DNA of 64,000 nt from Cyanophora paradoxa CCMP329 (GCA_004431415.1 QPMI01000136.1:1-64000), one strand, 5' to 3'. Counted from the stretch's first letter, positions 44,304 to 55,746 are shown. Program-made: numbers and translations. The notes: a model not told the origin generated them from the sequence alone.

Positions 44304-44734
44304 ACTAGTTAATTACTAGTACTACATGTGAATCCCTAGTACCTCTCCCTTCAGCCTGCTCGTGCTAGGCCCCACGCTGCATGATTCAGTGTTGATGTGC
44401 TGCCTATAGCTAAATTTACAGTCCGCCGGTCTCTAGTTCTAGACTGCAGAGCAACCAGAGGCAGGTGGGCACAAGGCGCGCCCGGGGCCTGCTGGATTGC
44501 TGGAGCCGGGCAGGCGCCTGGCCTGGGCCCGAGAGAGTATATATTATATATATATCGATCAGGATTCAGGACCCCAGTATACGTACGCGTAGACAGCAGG
44601 CGCATGCAGCAGGCGAGGCCTAGGCCTAGGGCCAGGCCACAAATTATTGAGAATATATATAAAACTGGCTTATTATAATTAAGATATGGATCGGCAGATT
44701 AGGTTGAAAGTATAATAAAATAAAAACACCACAG

Positions 44735-45085
44735 ATCGACAGACTCAGCGACAGAATCGGTCGACAAAATCAGTCGATCGACAGAATCAGTCGATCGACT
44801 GATTCTGCGACAGAATCGGTCGACCGATTCTGTCGAATTTTATCGACTGACTCTGCGACAGAATCGGTCGACAAAATCAGTCGATCGACCAACTCTGTCG
44901 ATCGACTGATTCTGCGCCAGAATCGGTCGACCGAATCAGTCGAATTTTATCGACTGATTCTGCGACAGAATCGGTCGACAAAATCAGTCGATCGACAGAA
45001 TCAGTCGATCGACTGATTCTGCGACAGAATCGGTCGACCGATTCTGTCGAGTTTTATCGACTGATTCTGTCGCAGATTCTGTCGA
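44735..45085. repeat. Subterminal palindrome array (right)
   Basis: Same GTCGAC/TCGATCGA palindromes as 34535-34875. Confidence 0.92.
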
Positions 45086-45879
45086 AGGTATTGCAATACT
45101 CCAAAAGTGCAGATATACGGGGGGGGGTTGGCGCTTTTTTTTCAAGCTCAAGAATTTTTTTGCAAGCTCAAGTGCCAGCAGTTGATCATGATCACATGCA
45201 TGATGTCGATCATGATCACGAGCTCGAGCTCGAGATGGCTATAGTGCTAGCTAGAGCTAGATCTAGATCTAGCGCTAGCATATACATAAAGCTAGCTATA
45301 TATATCAAGCACCTCAATATCAATTGCAAGCCATTGGGGCTAAGGTATTTTAAAAAGGGACTTTTGAGGGGGCGGCGCCGACGTCAGGCCCTAGCTATAT
45401 AGGGGCTATATTGAAAATTTCAAAAGCCCGTTTGACTTTTGCAGCCCATGCATGGCCAGGAACTCAAAACAGCTGCAGGGTACTGCGCATCATGGCATAC
45501 TCAGTGACTCGTACGATACCGCAGCCGGAACTTTAGAACTTGCGAACAACTCTCCGAGGTGCGCTGTTTTAGTGTACCCCTCTCGGCTCTACCCCCTCCC
45601 CCCTTTGGGATCCACCATGCGCCCGTGGGCCGACGGCACAACATGATCTTAAGAGGCATGGGGCGGCCCGCCGCCCGCCCCCCCGCCCCCCCCTCCCCCC
45701 CCCGTCCCCCCTCGTGCAGTACCCCCCGGCACCGCGCGCGGCCCGCCCGGCCCCCCCCCCCCCCCCCCCCCGATGGAGACATCGCGCGAGGCGCGCCGTG
45801 GCCCGCGGGCCGCAGGCGACACGCGAGGACTCGCAGGGGCGGCGCGCGAGAGGGACCGTTGCATTTTATTTTCCAACAC

Positions 45880-46012
45880 TACGTACACGATCGAGTCGAC
45901 GAGGGGGCCCGCAGGGCGCTATGTACACGATCGGGCGGCGGGAGGGGCCCTGCAGGCGCTACGTACACGATCGAGGCGACGGGAGGGGCGCACGGGCGCT
46001 ATGTACACGATG
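45880..46012. repeat. 40-bp tandem repeat, core TAYGTACACGAT seen four times
   Basis: Cores at 45880, 45920, 45960 and 46000; 3' of the gene at 46042. Confidence 0.85.
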
Positions 46013-46041
46013 AGGCGATGACCAGGTGCTCCTGGATGCCC

Positions 46042-46740
46042 TTAGAGGTAGTCCTCGTCGTCCGACTCGCCCTCCAGATCGTCGACGTGGACGACGCAGA
46101 CCACGAAAAAGCCAAAGGCCTCGTAGGCGTTGGGGACAAAGGGAGACGCCACCGTGTACGTGGTGATCTCCCAGCCCTTGAGGGCGACGCGCGCGTCGGA
46201 GCAGACGGCCCGCGCGATCTGGTCCGCGGTCGGCACGTCGGCGCAGACAAAGGCGATGACGCGCTCTTTGAGGAGGTCGCGGACGTGGCCCGCGACCGCG
46301 GCGGCAGACGTGGGCGCGAGGGGGCCGTCGAGGTTCTGGACGGCCGCGCGCGGGACGACCGCGACGACCTCGCCCCAGTTCGCGACGAACGCGTCGTGGT
46401 ACATGCCGTCGAGGGGAGCGTCGAGCGCGGCGGCCACCCCGGCGAGGCGCGCCGCGGTCGCGTCCACCGTCGTCGGCACGCCGCAGTCGAACAGCGAGAC
46501 GGCAAAGGCGCGGCCCTTGGGGAGCTTGTCGTTGAGAACGCCCGCGACCGCCGAGTCCATCATGGCCTCGGGATCGTGCGCGCCAAAGGTCCGGAGGATG
46601 AGCGCGTCGAGCTCGGGGTCCGCGTCCGGGAGGCGCGCCAGAGCCGCGGCCCAGGCCGCGGTTGCGGCCTCGGGCGCGGGCGTGGTGGTCACCTCGGGCG
46701 CGGTCGTGGTCGCGGTGGCGTCGAAGCGGGTGGAAGACAT
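46042..46740 (-). CDS. Intronless hypothetical protein (232 aa)
   Basis: Globular composition with strong GC3 bias; AATAAAA element ~60 bp upstream. Confidence 0.7.
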   Translation of the reverse strand: MSSTRFDATATTTAPEVTTTPAPEAATAAWAAALARLPDADPELDALILRTFGAHDPEAMMDSAVAGVLNDKLPKGRAFAVSLFDCGVPTTVDATAARLAGVAAALDAPLDGMYHDAFVANWGEVVAVVPRAAVQNLDGPLAPTSAAAVAGHVRDLLKERVIAFVCADVPTADQIARAVCSDARVALKGWEITTYTVASPFVPNAYEAFGFFVVCVVHVDDLEGESDDEDYL

Positions 46741-47034
46741 GGTCGAGGTTGAAGTTTGTCGAGGTGCGAGTGTGGGGATTGCCTGCGCGGGGCACCCCTT
46801 TTATTCTGCCGAGCTGCGAGCAGGTCGCTTTCGTCCAATTCGGGCTCGGGGGGCGCCCTCTCGCACGACTCGGGCGCGGATGAATGCGGGATCGACTCGG
46901 CGCCCTTTTGCGCGTGCCGGGCGCGGATGAATGCTGGAAATGGGCGCGCCGTGTGCCTGGCGGAGGAGCTGCGGGCTCGACTCTCGGTCCGGGAAATGGG
47001 TGGCCCGGCCTTTCGTCGTGTCGCCCCGGCCGTC

Positions 47035-48432
47035 GGGGCGGGGGTACGGCGCGCTGCGGCGGGGGTACGGCGGCCCCGGCGCCGCCCCCTTAGGTGAGCG
47101 GACTGGACGCATCGTGGCCGGGGCCGGCGCGCGCGGCGCCGCGGGGAGCCGAGCCCGGTACCTTTCAATCCCATCCCTTTCTCTCCCGTACCCGCCCCTG
47201 CCCTCCTACCCCCCTGACCGCCATGCAGCCGCTGGGCGGACAGAGGTGGGAGACGGGACGGGGCGGCCGAGGGCGCTCCCCCGCGCAGGCCGCTGGGGCG
47301 GGGGTACGGCACGCAGGGCGGGGGGTACGGCGGCCCCGGCGCCACCCCCTTAGGTGAGCGGACTGGACGCATCGTGGCCGGGGCCGGCGCGCGCGGCGCC
47401 GCGGGGAGCCGAGCCCGGTACCTTTCAATCCCATCCCTTTCTCTCCCGTACCCGCCCCTGCCCTCCTACCCCCCTGACCGCCATGCAGCCGCTGGGCGGA
47501 CAGAGGGGCGGGAAGGGACGGGGCGGCCGAGGGCGCTCCCCCGCGCAGGCCGCTGGGGCGGGGGTACGGTGCGCAGGGCGGGGGGTACGGCGGCCCCGGC
47601 GCCGCCCCCTTCGGTGAGCGGACTGGATGCATCGTGGCCGGGGCCGGCGCCCGCGGCGCCGCGGGGAGCCGAGCCCGGTACCTTTCAATCCCATCCCTTC
47701 TCTCCCGTACCCGCATCTGCCCTCCACCCCCTGACCGCCATGCAGCCGCTGGGCGGACAGAGGGGCGGGGCGGAACGGGGCGGCCGAGGGCGCTCCCCGC
47801 GCAGGCCGCTGGGGCGGGGGTACGGCGCGCTGCGGCGGGGGTACGGCGGCCCCGGCGCCGCCCCCTTAGGTGAGCGGTCTGGACGCATCGTGGCCAAGGC
47901 CGGCGCGCGCGGCGCCGGGGGAGCCGAGCCCGGTACCTTTTCAATCCCATCCCTTCTCTCCCGTACCCGCCCCTGCCCTCCTACCCCCCTGACCGCCATG
48001 CAGCCGCTGGGCGGACAGAGGTGGGAGACGGGACGGGGCGGCCGAGGGCGCTCCCCCGCGCAGGCCGCTGGGGCGGGGTACGGCACGCAGGGCGGGGTAC
48101 GGTGGCCCCGGCGCCGCCCCTTAGGTGAGCGGACTGGATGCATCGTGGCCGGGGCCGGCGCGCGCGGCGCCGCGGGGAGCCGAGCCCGGTACCTTTCAAT
48201 CCCATCCCTTCTCTCCCGTACCCGCCCCTGCCCTCCTACCCCCCTGACCGCCATGCAGCCGCTGGGCGGACAGAGGGGCGGGGCGGGACGGGGCGGCCGA
48301 GGGCGCTCCCCCGCGCAGGCCGCTGGGGCGGGGTACGACGCGCTGCGGCAGGGGGTACGGCGGCCCCGGCGCCGCCCCCCTTGGGTGAGCGGCCTGGATG
48401 CATCGTGGCCGGGGCCGGCGCGCGCGGCGCCG
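47035..48432. repeat. ~260-bp tandem repeat, ~5.4 copies
   Basis: GGTACCTTTCAATCCCATCCC at ~47157, 47417, 47677, 47932 and 48188. Confidence 0.93.
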
Positions 48433-48632
48433 CAAGAGGGGCGAGCTCGGTACGCGTCCGCCCCACGCGCACACGCGCGCCGCCCCTCGCGCGCCCCTCT
48501 GGGCCCCTGGCGGGGCGCCCGGCGCGCCCCCACGCCAAGCCTCTCGCGGGCGGGACGATCGAGACGAGACCGCACTCGGTATTGATACAAGGCGCGCAAC
48601 GCAGATCACGATCGGGGCGCGCGGGAAGAGGC

Positions 48633-49271
48633 CTAGGCGTGCGCGATGTGCACGTACGTCGACACGAAGGGAAAGGCAAAGGTCGCGTCCGCGCGGATCT
48701 TCTTGGCGAGGACCAGCTCGCGGGCGGTCGGGAGGATCGCGAGGGCCCCGGCGTAGAGGATCTCGTCGTTCTCCGGGTCGGCCGCGCCGCCGAGGGCGGC
48801 CCACGCGGTCTCCAGGCGCCGCTCGCTCTCGCGCAGCGAGCCGTCGGCGCCGGCGCACGCGAGCACCATCCTCTTGAGGCGCTGGACGTCGACGCGACCG
48901 CCGCCCGCCGCGCCGCCGACGGAGACGCGGGTCCCGTTGAGGTACGCGACCTTGTTCAGGAAGCGGTGCACCTTGCGGGACCTCCTCTCGGCGATCACGT
49001 TGGTGGCGCGGATCACCTCTGGTAGAAAGTCGTCCAGCATCTTGCGGAAAAAGGCGATGTCGTCCTGGGAGAGGCGATCCAGCAGCTCGGCGGGCGGGAT
49101 CCGCAGGAGAGCCTTGGTGTCGTCGCGGAACGTGGAGGGACGATCGCAGCTGGAGTACAACGCTCTCGTAACGCAGTCGAAGTTGTCAAAGCTCGCATCG
49201 AAAAAGAGGTGGACGGCGCGGGCGCCGCGGAAGAGCGCCGAGTTGAAGGAGGCCAGCTGCACGTGCGCCAT
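48633..49271 (-). CDS. Intronless hypothetical protein (212 aa)
   Basis: Normal amino-acid composition and GC3 bias, unlike the overlapping Arg/Pro-rich frames. Confidence 0.72.
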   Translation of the reverse strand: MAHVQLASFNSALFRGARAVHLFFDASFDNFDCVTRALYSSCDRPSTFRDDTKALLRIPPAELLDRLSQDDIAFFRKMLDDFLPEVIRATNVIAERRSRKVHRFLNKVAYLNGTRVSVGGAAGGGRVDVQRLKRMVLACAGADGSLRESERRLETAWAALGGAADPENDEILYAGALAILPTARELVLAKKIRADATFAFPFVSTYVHIAHA

Positions 49272-49542
49272 GGTCCACGGGTGAAGGATCGATCGGGGTC
49301 GAAGAGTGCGGGGCCGACGGGCGCAGAGGGCGGTCTAGGCGACCGCCCCGACCGATTCACCCAAAACGGTCGCCCGCCAGGCGTGTTTCGCACGACTCGG
49401 TCGCCTCCCAAGGGTACCCCCTCCCCCCTCCCACCCCCCGGCCCCCTCTTCCCCACCCCTCTTGGCCTCTACCCACCCTCGCACGCCGACCGCCATTGCA
49501 GCCGTCTCGCGAGCGCGCCGCGTGGGCGCGCCGCTTCACTTT

Positions 49543-50120
49543 CTACACGTCGGGCGGGGAGAGCCAGGCGGGGTCGACAAAGCGCGCGCAGAGGGCCCGC
49601 GGGAGGGACGGGTCGAGCCCCGCGGCGGCCTCGGCGAGCCTCGCCGCGTAGGCCTCGCGCCCGGCCTCGTACAGGCGCCTGTGCGCCGCCGCGAGCGGCA
49701 CGATCTCGTGCCCCGTGTCGGCGCGGCAGAGGGGCACCGGAGCGGCGCGATCGGGAGGACGCAGCCGAGGCAGAAGACGTGCCCGCACCCGAGGCGCGTC
49801 GGGCGGCACGGGTGCTGGAGGCAGACGGCGCACACGGCGTCCTCGGCGAGCGCGGCGCGCGCGGCGGGGCGCCACAGGTTGCTCGCGCACGTCCAGGCGA
49901 CGTGGGCGGCGCGGCCGACGGCCTCGTAGCGCGCGAGGGCCGCGGCGCTGCGCGTCGGGTCGCCTCCGGCGGGCGCCTCGACGATCTCGCTCACGATGTG
50001 GCTGGACTTGACTCCCAGCGCGAGCGGCGCGGCGATCACGTCCCGGGCGGCGTCGTACGCGTGCTCCTCAAAGTACTTCCACCTGCGGAGGTCGTAGGTG
50101 CGCCCGGCGTCGGCGGCCAT
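49543..50120 (-). CDS. C3HC4 RING-finger protein (one C missing in a homopolymer near 49733)
   Basis: CAVC...LGCGHVFCLGC...(C)PLCR across two frames. Confidence 0.8.
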
Positions 50121-50452
50121 CGCGTCGGCGTGGGGGTTACAAGGGGGTACAGAGGGCGCAGGGGGCCCACTCGGCCTCCTAGGACCCCGCAAGGAGCCAT
50201 TTATTCGTTCCCCCCACCGGCGGCGCCCCTACCCCCTCTCTCTTCCCCCTCCCTCCCCCCCCCCTTTCCCGCCTCCCCTCTACCCCCTTTCCTCCCCCCG
50301 CCTCTGTACCTGTGCGGGTTCCAATCCGCCGGCCCCGAGTTCCGGCCCCCCGGACCGAATCAAACGACTCGGCGGCCCGTCCGCGCGGGGCGCCGCCCCC
50401 AACATATAAAGGACAGCGCCCAAGGGGACAGACGCAAGTACCTTTCGACACG

Positions 50453-52036
50453 ATGAAGCGTCCGGCGGACCCGGACGCCGCGGCGGCCGGCATCGCGCCG
50501 CCCCGGCCCCTCGACGTGGCGATCAAGACCGAGGCCGGCGTGGCGATCAAGATCGAGGGCGGGGCGCGCCCTCGGGCGCCCGCGACGGCGCCCGACCCCG
50601 AAGGCGACGCGGCGATGGAGGACGTCAAGCCCGCGACCGCGACCTCGGCCGCGGCGCCCTCGGGCGCGCCCCTCCCCTCCCCCGCCGCGAGCCAGATCGT
50701 GCGGACCACGGTCCTCGTCAAGAGCAACCCGCGCAAGGGCGCCGCGCGCGACGCGATCTTTGCCGTCCCCTGGCAGCCCGCCGACGTGGAGAGGCTCGCC
50801 TCGCCCGGCCCCCGCCGCGCCGTCGTCCAGATCTCGCCCCAGATCGTCGTGCAGCACGCGAGCGGCGCCCGGCGCACCCTCCGCGCCTTCAACGTCTTCG
50901 ACTTTGACGTCCCCACCATCCGGTTCCCCGCCGAGCTCGAGGACGCCTCGCTCGGCGCGGAGCAGGTGAAGAATGCGAAAAAGTCGCACCTCGCAGGGGT
51001 GCTGGGGCGCTGCGAGAACCTCGCGCAGTACTGGACCCAGGTCCCCGAGATCAGGGACGTGGCGCGCCTCGCGGTCGAGTTTTCGCGGGCCCTCGCCGCC
51101 CGGGGCGTCCCCGTGCTCGTCGTCTTCTCGGGACTAAAGGGCTTTCACGTCTACGTGCGCCACGCGGAGCTGGTCGCCGCGATCGAGGGCCCCGGCGCCG
51201 AGGTCTACTCAAAGGAAGAGGCCGACGCGTGGTGGGCGGCCGTGGTCGGCGAGCTGAGGCGCCTGCGCGGCGAGCGGGCGGCGCAGCTGCGCGACCCGAC
51301 CGTCCCGCGCGAGGACAAGCTCCGGATCCGGCGCTCCATGTGGGCCAAGGCCACGCGCGCCGCCGGCCCCCGGCGCGTGCTCGGCATGCTCAAGTCGGGG
51401 CGCTGGGAGGGCCTGGACGTCTTTGAGCGCGTCATCGCGCCGTTTGCGGAGGAGCACGGGATCGGGCCCCTGGCGCGCTCGCTGGTGGAGGAGGGCATCA
51501 TGGACCTCGCGCCGTTTCGCGTCAACAGCGGCTGCCGCTCCGACGAGCACCGCCACGGCTGGACCTCGTTCTTCCCCGTCGTCGTGCCGCCCGAGGCCGT
51601 CGACGACGAGGCGATCGCGGCGTCGATCGGGATTCACGCCACGCAGCCCGACCCGGCCCTCGTCTCGTGGAACAGCGACGAGTGGCGCTGGATAGGCGAG
51701 CTCGCGCGGGACGCCGCCCCCAAGTACGCCCTCGCCCCCGAGGTCGGCGCGCCGCAGCAGCCGCCGTCGTCCAAGCGCCCCCGCACCCGCCCCCGGCGGC
51801 CTCTGCCGACGCTCGACGGCGAGGCGCGCGAGGGGGAGGAGGGGGCGGAGGAGGGCGAGGCGGGCGAGGCCGACGCGACAGAGGCCGCGGCGTACATCGA
51901 CGAGCGCGTGGTGGCGCGCCTCGGCCTCTTGGCGTGCGGGAGGGCCCGCGACGAGGGCTGGGAGGCGGCCCGGGCGGCCCTGCGCGCGCCGTTTCTCGGG
52001 CACTTTGTCTCGCCGCCCGGCGCGCGGGACACATAG
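50453..52036 (+). CDS. AEP-superfamily primase-like protein, truncated by element 2
   Basis: Motif I VFDFD, motif II VFSGLKGFHVY, motif III IMD. TATAAA at 50405. The stop codon TAG is supplied by the ACACATAG terminus of element 2. Confidence 0.75.
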   Translation: MKRPADPDAAAAGIAPPRPLDVAIKTEAGVAIKIEGGARPRAPATAPDPEGDAAMEDVKPATATSAAAPSGAPLPSPAASQIVRTTVLVKSNPRKGAARDAIFAVPWQPADVERLASPGPRRAVVQISPQIVVQHASGARRTLRAFNVFDFDVPTIRFPAELEDASLGAEQVKNAKKSHLAGVLGRCENLAQYWTQVPEIRDVARLAVEFSRALAARGVPVLVVFSGLKGFHVYVRHAELVAAIEGPGAEVYSKEEADAWWAAVVGELRRLRGERAAQLRDPTVPREDKLRIRRSMWAKATRAAGPRRVLGMLKSGRWEGLDVFERVIAPFAEEHGIGPLARSLVEEGIMDLAPFRVNSGCRSDEHRHGWTSFFPVVVPPEAVDDEAIAASIGIHATQPDPALVSWNSDEWRWIGELARDAAPKYALAPEVGAPQQPPSSKRPRTRPRRPLPTLDGEAREGEEGAEEGEAGEADATEAAAYIDERVVARLGLLACGRARDEGWEAARAALRAPFLGHFVSPPGARDT

Positions 52037-52311
52037 TAAAATGCGGAGTTTTAACCCTCGGCTTATCTTAATTGATTTTGTTGATATATCTCGTATATTC
52101 TATTTCAATCAATCGATAATCTGTGTATATCTTATCGAATATTCATTTATTTCGATTATTTTGTATTCTTTTCGATATTTTATCGTAAATTTCTCTTATT
52201 TTCCGATTAGTCTTACTGAGTCTATCGATAATCTGTATATATTTCCGAATAATATAACTGAATCTCAATTAGATCTTGCCTCTGGTTAAAACTCCGCATT
52301 TTACTATGTGT
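52029..52311. repeat. Terminal unit bounded by a perfect 28-bp inverted repeat
   Basis: ACACATAGTAAAATGCGGAGTTTTAACC (52029-52056) versus GGTTAAAACTCCGCATTTTACTATGTGT (52284-52311). Confidence 0.9.
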
Positions 52312-52564
52312 GATTGGTCTAAAAGTTAATTGATTTAATCGATATTATATTCATGTACTTTCTCGATTAAATTTAATTAAATTTAATTCATTTAATCGGA
52401 AATATATCGCTAAACTCGATTAAGATCCATAAATGATTCATTTGTTTATATTAACAAATCGATCTCTTATTGAATTCAATCGTAATTATACATGAAACTT
52501 ATATGATTTTATCATTGTTTTGTTGAGTCTAAGGGGGGACCCTTAGGTTTTTTGAAATAATTGG

Positions 52565-52853
52565 GTGTGACAGGTGTGACAGGTCTATCCAAAACTTTTG
52601 ATAGTTCATTTTTAGGTTATTGAAAAGTTTGGGATAGACCTGTCACACCTGTCACACAAACCATTTTCAGTAAGATCCTCTTTTATAATGAAAACTCAGT
52701 AACAATATGAAAGAAGTTTATCTATGTAATTCTACTTAAATAAACAAATGAAATAATCGAGTGTGACAGGTGTGACAGGTCCATCCCAAACTTTTGAGAG
52801 TTCATTTTAGTGCTATAGAAAACTTTGGGATAGACCTGTCACACCTGTCACAC
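52565..52853. repeat. Two 93-bp hairpins (52565-52657, 52761-52853), copies C and D
   Basis: GTGTGACAG x2 ... CTGTCACAC x2, each followed by AAACCAT.TTCAGTAAG. Confidence 0.92.
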
Positions 52854-53283
52854 AAACCATATTCAGTAAGGACCTCATATATTGTTAAAATCTCAGTGTT
52901 AGTTGGTGTAGTTGATTCAAATAATGCATTTTATACTCTGATTCATTGTTATTTCCTGTGAAATTTGAGTCAACTCAACCCACTTAGTCAACCCTTGCAT
53001 TGAATTCGTAACAAAATCCATATACTATCGATTAATATGAGTCAACCTTGAGTCCACTTTAATAATAGGGGGAATCTTGGGGAGATGTTGGGTTTTAGTG
53101 TAATGAAATCGAATAGTATTCGAAATACTTGACATTGCTTAATGTAGGGTGCATTCATATTTCGGCTACATTATACAGTAGAATGTCTATTGTAAACAAT
53201 GTCCGGAATCCGGAAAATAATCATTGTAGAAAGCTATTGTAATAAAAAAGATAAATTACCCTGTTTATCATTATAGAAACCCA

Positions 53284-53682
53284 TTAAAACGGGAATCTAT
53301 CATGTTTATGTCTCTCAGTCTTCTCAAATGTGAGGAAATTCATTGTTTTATCGATCTCATCTGCAACTGATTGTGTTTTATGCTGAGCTTCTTTACCACA
53401 ACTGAATATATCAATTGCTAACATGCCTTCATTGGAATAACAATGAGCTGTGCAATGGCTTTCATCTAATAGCAGAACCAATGCAAAACCAGGAGGTGAT
53501 ACTTTGCCATCAAATATCTCACAGTGTTTATGAACAATCCTAATACCTTGTCTCAATATAGCTTGTTCAAGGGTTCCCATAATCCAATTACCTAGGAAGC
53601 TAACATGCTCATGTCCTGTTGCAATAGCTGATTTAGCCTTGTAATCAAGCATAACATGAAAGCCTCTGTATTGAGTCTCCAT
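53284..53682 (-). CDS. speD: S-adenosylmethionine decarboxylase proenzyme (intact)
   Basis: PPGFALVLLLDESHCTAHCYSNEGMLAIDIFSCG. Confidence 0.88.
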   Translation of the reverse strand: METQYRGFHVMLDYKAKSAIATGHEHVSFLGNWIMGTLEQAILRQGIRIVHKHCEIFDGKVSPPGFALVLLLDESHCTAHCYSNEGMLAIDIFSCGKEAQHKTQSVADEIDKTMNFLTFEKTERHKHDRFPF

Positions 53683-53711
53683 TAAGAATACCTTAGAAAA
53701 ATTAATTAAAC

Positions 53712-53984
53712 CTAATCGAACCTAATGCAAACATCCCTATATTCTACAGTGATTGATGAAGTAGCCCTTTTCCTATAAGCCTGAGAATGTTTTTTGTTGC
53801 ATTCCCTACACCCTGATCCCTTCACATGATTAAAGGGATATGTCAGGATCACCTTGTTACACTGCAAACATCTAACAGATACTTTCTCTTGAGCTTTGAT
53901 GTAATGTGTCTCACTGTAATCGAATTTATCTTTACCATGGACTGTCATAGCAGCATCTATAAACTTTTTCGTTTTACTATCCAT
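53712..53984 (-). CDS. DUF723-like zinc-ribbon protein
   Basis: Ortholog of 12694-12966. Confidence 0.82.
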   Translation of the reverse strand: MDSKTKKFIDAAMTVHGKDKFDYSETHYIKAQEKVSVRCLQCNKVILTYPFNHVKGSGCRECNKKHSQAYRKRATSSITVEYRDVCIRFD

Positions 53985-54006
53985 ACTCTATATATAATCA
54001 ACATTC

Positions 54007-54838
54007 TTATGGAGCAGTATCCTGCCCAAAAATGGGGAAATATCGATTTGTCCCATAGTATTCAGCATAGGTATTCTGCTTTGCAATAAAATCGGTTCTC
54101 TCTGCAAACATCACACACTTGTAGATACCAAACTTGGTGGCTCTCACTAAGAACTGATAGTCTTCCAAACCGAAATTGACTCCATGATAAGCAATTCCGA
54201 AATTATCATATGGGGTGATCACTACTGCAAAGTTGGGAGTTCCACCTTCAACTTGGCATACAGCATAAACATCTGGTGGGATATCCACAACAACCTTGTA
54301 GTGATCACCAATCTCAACAAGAGAGTCTACTACTGCTGTTTGTTCATTCACAACAATGGGAATATCTTGATTATATAGGGGCATTCATGCTGGGGACATA
54401 GGTTCGAATTCTTGTGTTGGGATCAATGGGATTGGGTTGATCATTCACAAATAAAGGCGCTCCAACAGCCCCACCAACCCTAAGACCATCACCAATATAA
54501 GCTCCCCCCGATTTGCAGTTAATAGCTCCCGACCTAGATTCAAAAGAATAAGTAGACAGAGGATCTCCATAGCTATCTGGGTCTCCATAATGAGCAGAAA
54601 AGTTTGCATTTGTGACAAGTAGCTTAGTTGTCTTAACTATTCCATTATTTTTATCACATCTGAGTTCCTGTAATCTCAGCTTGTGGGTGGAACCAAATGT
54701 ATTCATTGTAGGTTGGACCTCTGTGGATTGGAGACCCTCAACATCATCAAAAGTAGCATGCTGCAGAACATGGTTTGCTGGTGCAGCTAATGAAAGCTGA
54801 GGTGTAATAATTCGTTCAAGTGGGGGTTGCTCAGCCAT
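54007..54838 (-). CDS. Anchor-domain paralog, split by a frameshift at a C run near 54380
   Basis: Ortholog of 11829-12673. Confidence 0.78.
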
Positions 54839-54861
54839 TTTACATTAAAGGGATATATCTT

Positions 54862-55707
54862 TTATGGGGTTGGGTCATCAATAATATCTGGTTCCGAATA
54901 AAACCCTGTAACTGAAAGAGTATCAGGAGTTACACCTCTAAGAGCTGATACAGCGGCTATATCTGTTCTCAAACCGATAAGAGTTATAGTATATAACCCA
55001 ATATCTGTAACAAACAAGTCAAAGGTGAAATTATTATTATAAACACAGTAGCCATAACCGAAATGATTATATCCCTGAACATTGAAATAGTATTTATGAC
55101 CTACTTGATTGTTGTTGGCTCTACAAAGGGAAAGCATTGCAGATGGAATCGCAAGACCTCTCAGTACTCTTTTGGTTCCTTCAATTAATTCCGAGTTTTC
55201 AAGAGTAACAGTATATCCAATGTAAAATTGAATTAATGGCTGCTGTGCGACAGGAGTATATAATCGAATTCGTTGGGGGTCTTCAACATTCTGTTCAAGA
55301 GTATCTGGGACATCATTATACGAAATTGAGGATGAAAGCTGACCTGAAACTCTGCAACCTCCACCAATAAAAGCTCCTCCTGATCTCACAGTAACAGCAG
55401 CAGAATTCTTATCGAAATCAAGGGCTTTCAGATCAACACTGTAAGCATCTGGACCTCCATTAGTAGGTTGGAAGAAGTTAGCATTGGTGACAAGAAGTCG
55501 AGTTGTTTTCACCACACCTGAATTCTTATCAGCTCTCAGCTCTTTAACTCGAATAATCGAATTTTTATCAAAGGAGTTACCATTGGAGTTGGGTCTCTCT
55601 GTGGATTCTAAACCACGAACCTCATCATTTACTTCATGCTGGCGAAAATGCATTGCAGGGGATCCAAGGGAATATATAGGCAGTTGAACTCGATTATATT
55701 CACCCAT
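54862..55707 (-). CDS. Anchor-domain paralog
   Basis: Ortholog of 10967-11809; N-terminal half highly similar, C-terminal half diverged. Confidence 0.85.
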   Translation of the reverse strand: MGEYNRVQLPIYSLGSPAMHFRQHEVNDEVRGLESTERPNSNGNSFDKNSIIRVKELRADKNSGVVKTTRLLVTNANFFQPTNGGPDAYSVDLKALDFDKNSAAVTVRSGGAFIGGGCRVSGQLSSSISYNDVPDTLEQNVEDPQRIRLYTPVAQQPLIQFYIGYTVTLENSELIEGTKRVLRGLAIPSAMLSLCRANNNQVGHKYYFNVQGYNHFGYGYCVYNNNFTFDLFVTDIGLYTITLIGLRTDIAAVSALRGVTPDTLSVTGFYSEPDIIDDPTP

Positions 55708-55746
55708 GGCTTCTTTTACTAAGAAGGAAAGAAAAATAAACTACCA

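Larger units (their letters stand above)
34502..45118. mobile_element. 10.6-kb foldback-type element, apparently non-autonomous
   Basis: Perfect 31-bp TIR GTATATCTGCACTTTTGGAGTATTGCAATAC (34502-34532 / 45088-45118), subterminal palindrome arrays, ~3-kb inverted arms and a central tandem array. Confidence 0.75.

Noticed and set aside
28504-52028. Host species identification
   Set aside because: High GC and short GTGCG...GCAG introns suggest an alga or protist, but no marker gene is present.
28469-52064. The whole GC-rich region as one element bounded by inverted repeats
   Set aside because: The facing repeats are only partly identical and each has a perfect partner inside its own AT-rich virus, so they are termini of two separate viruses.
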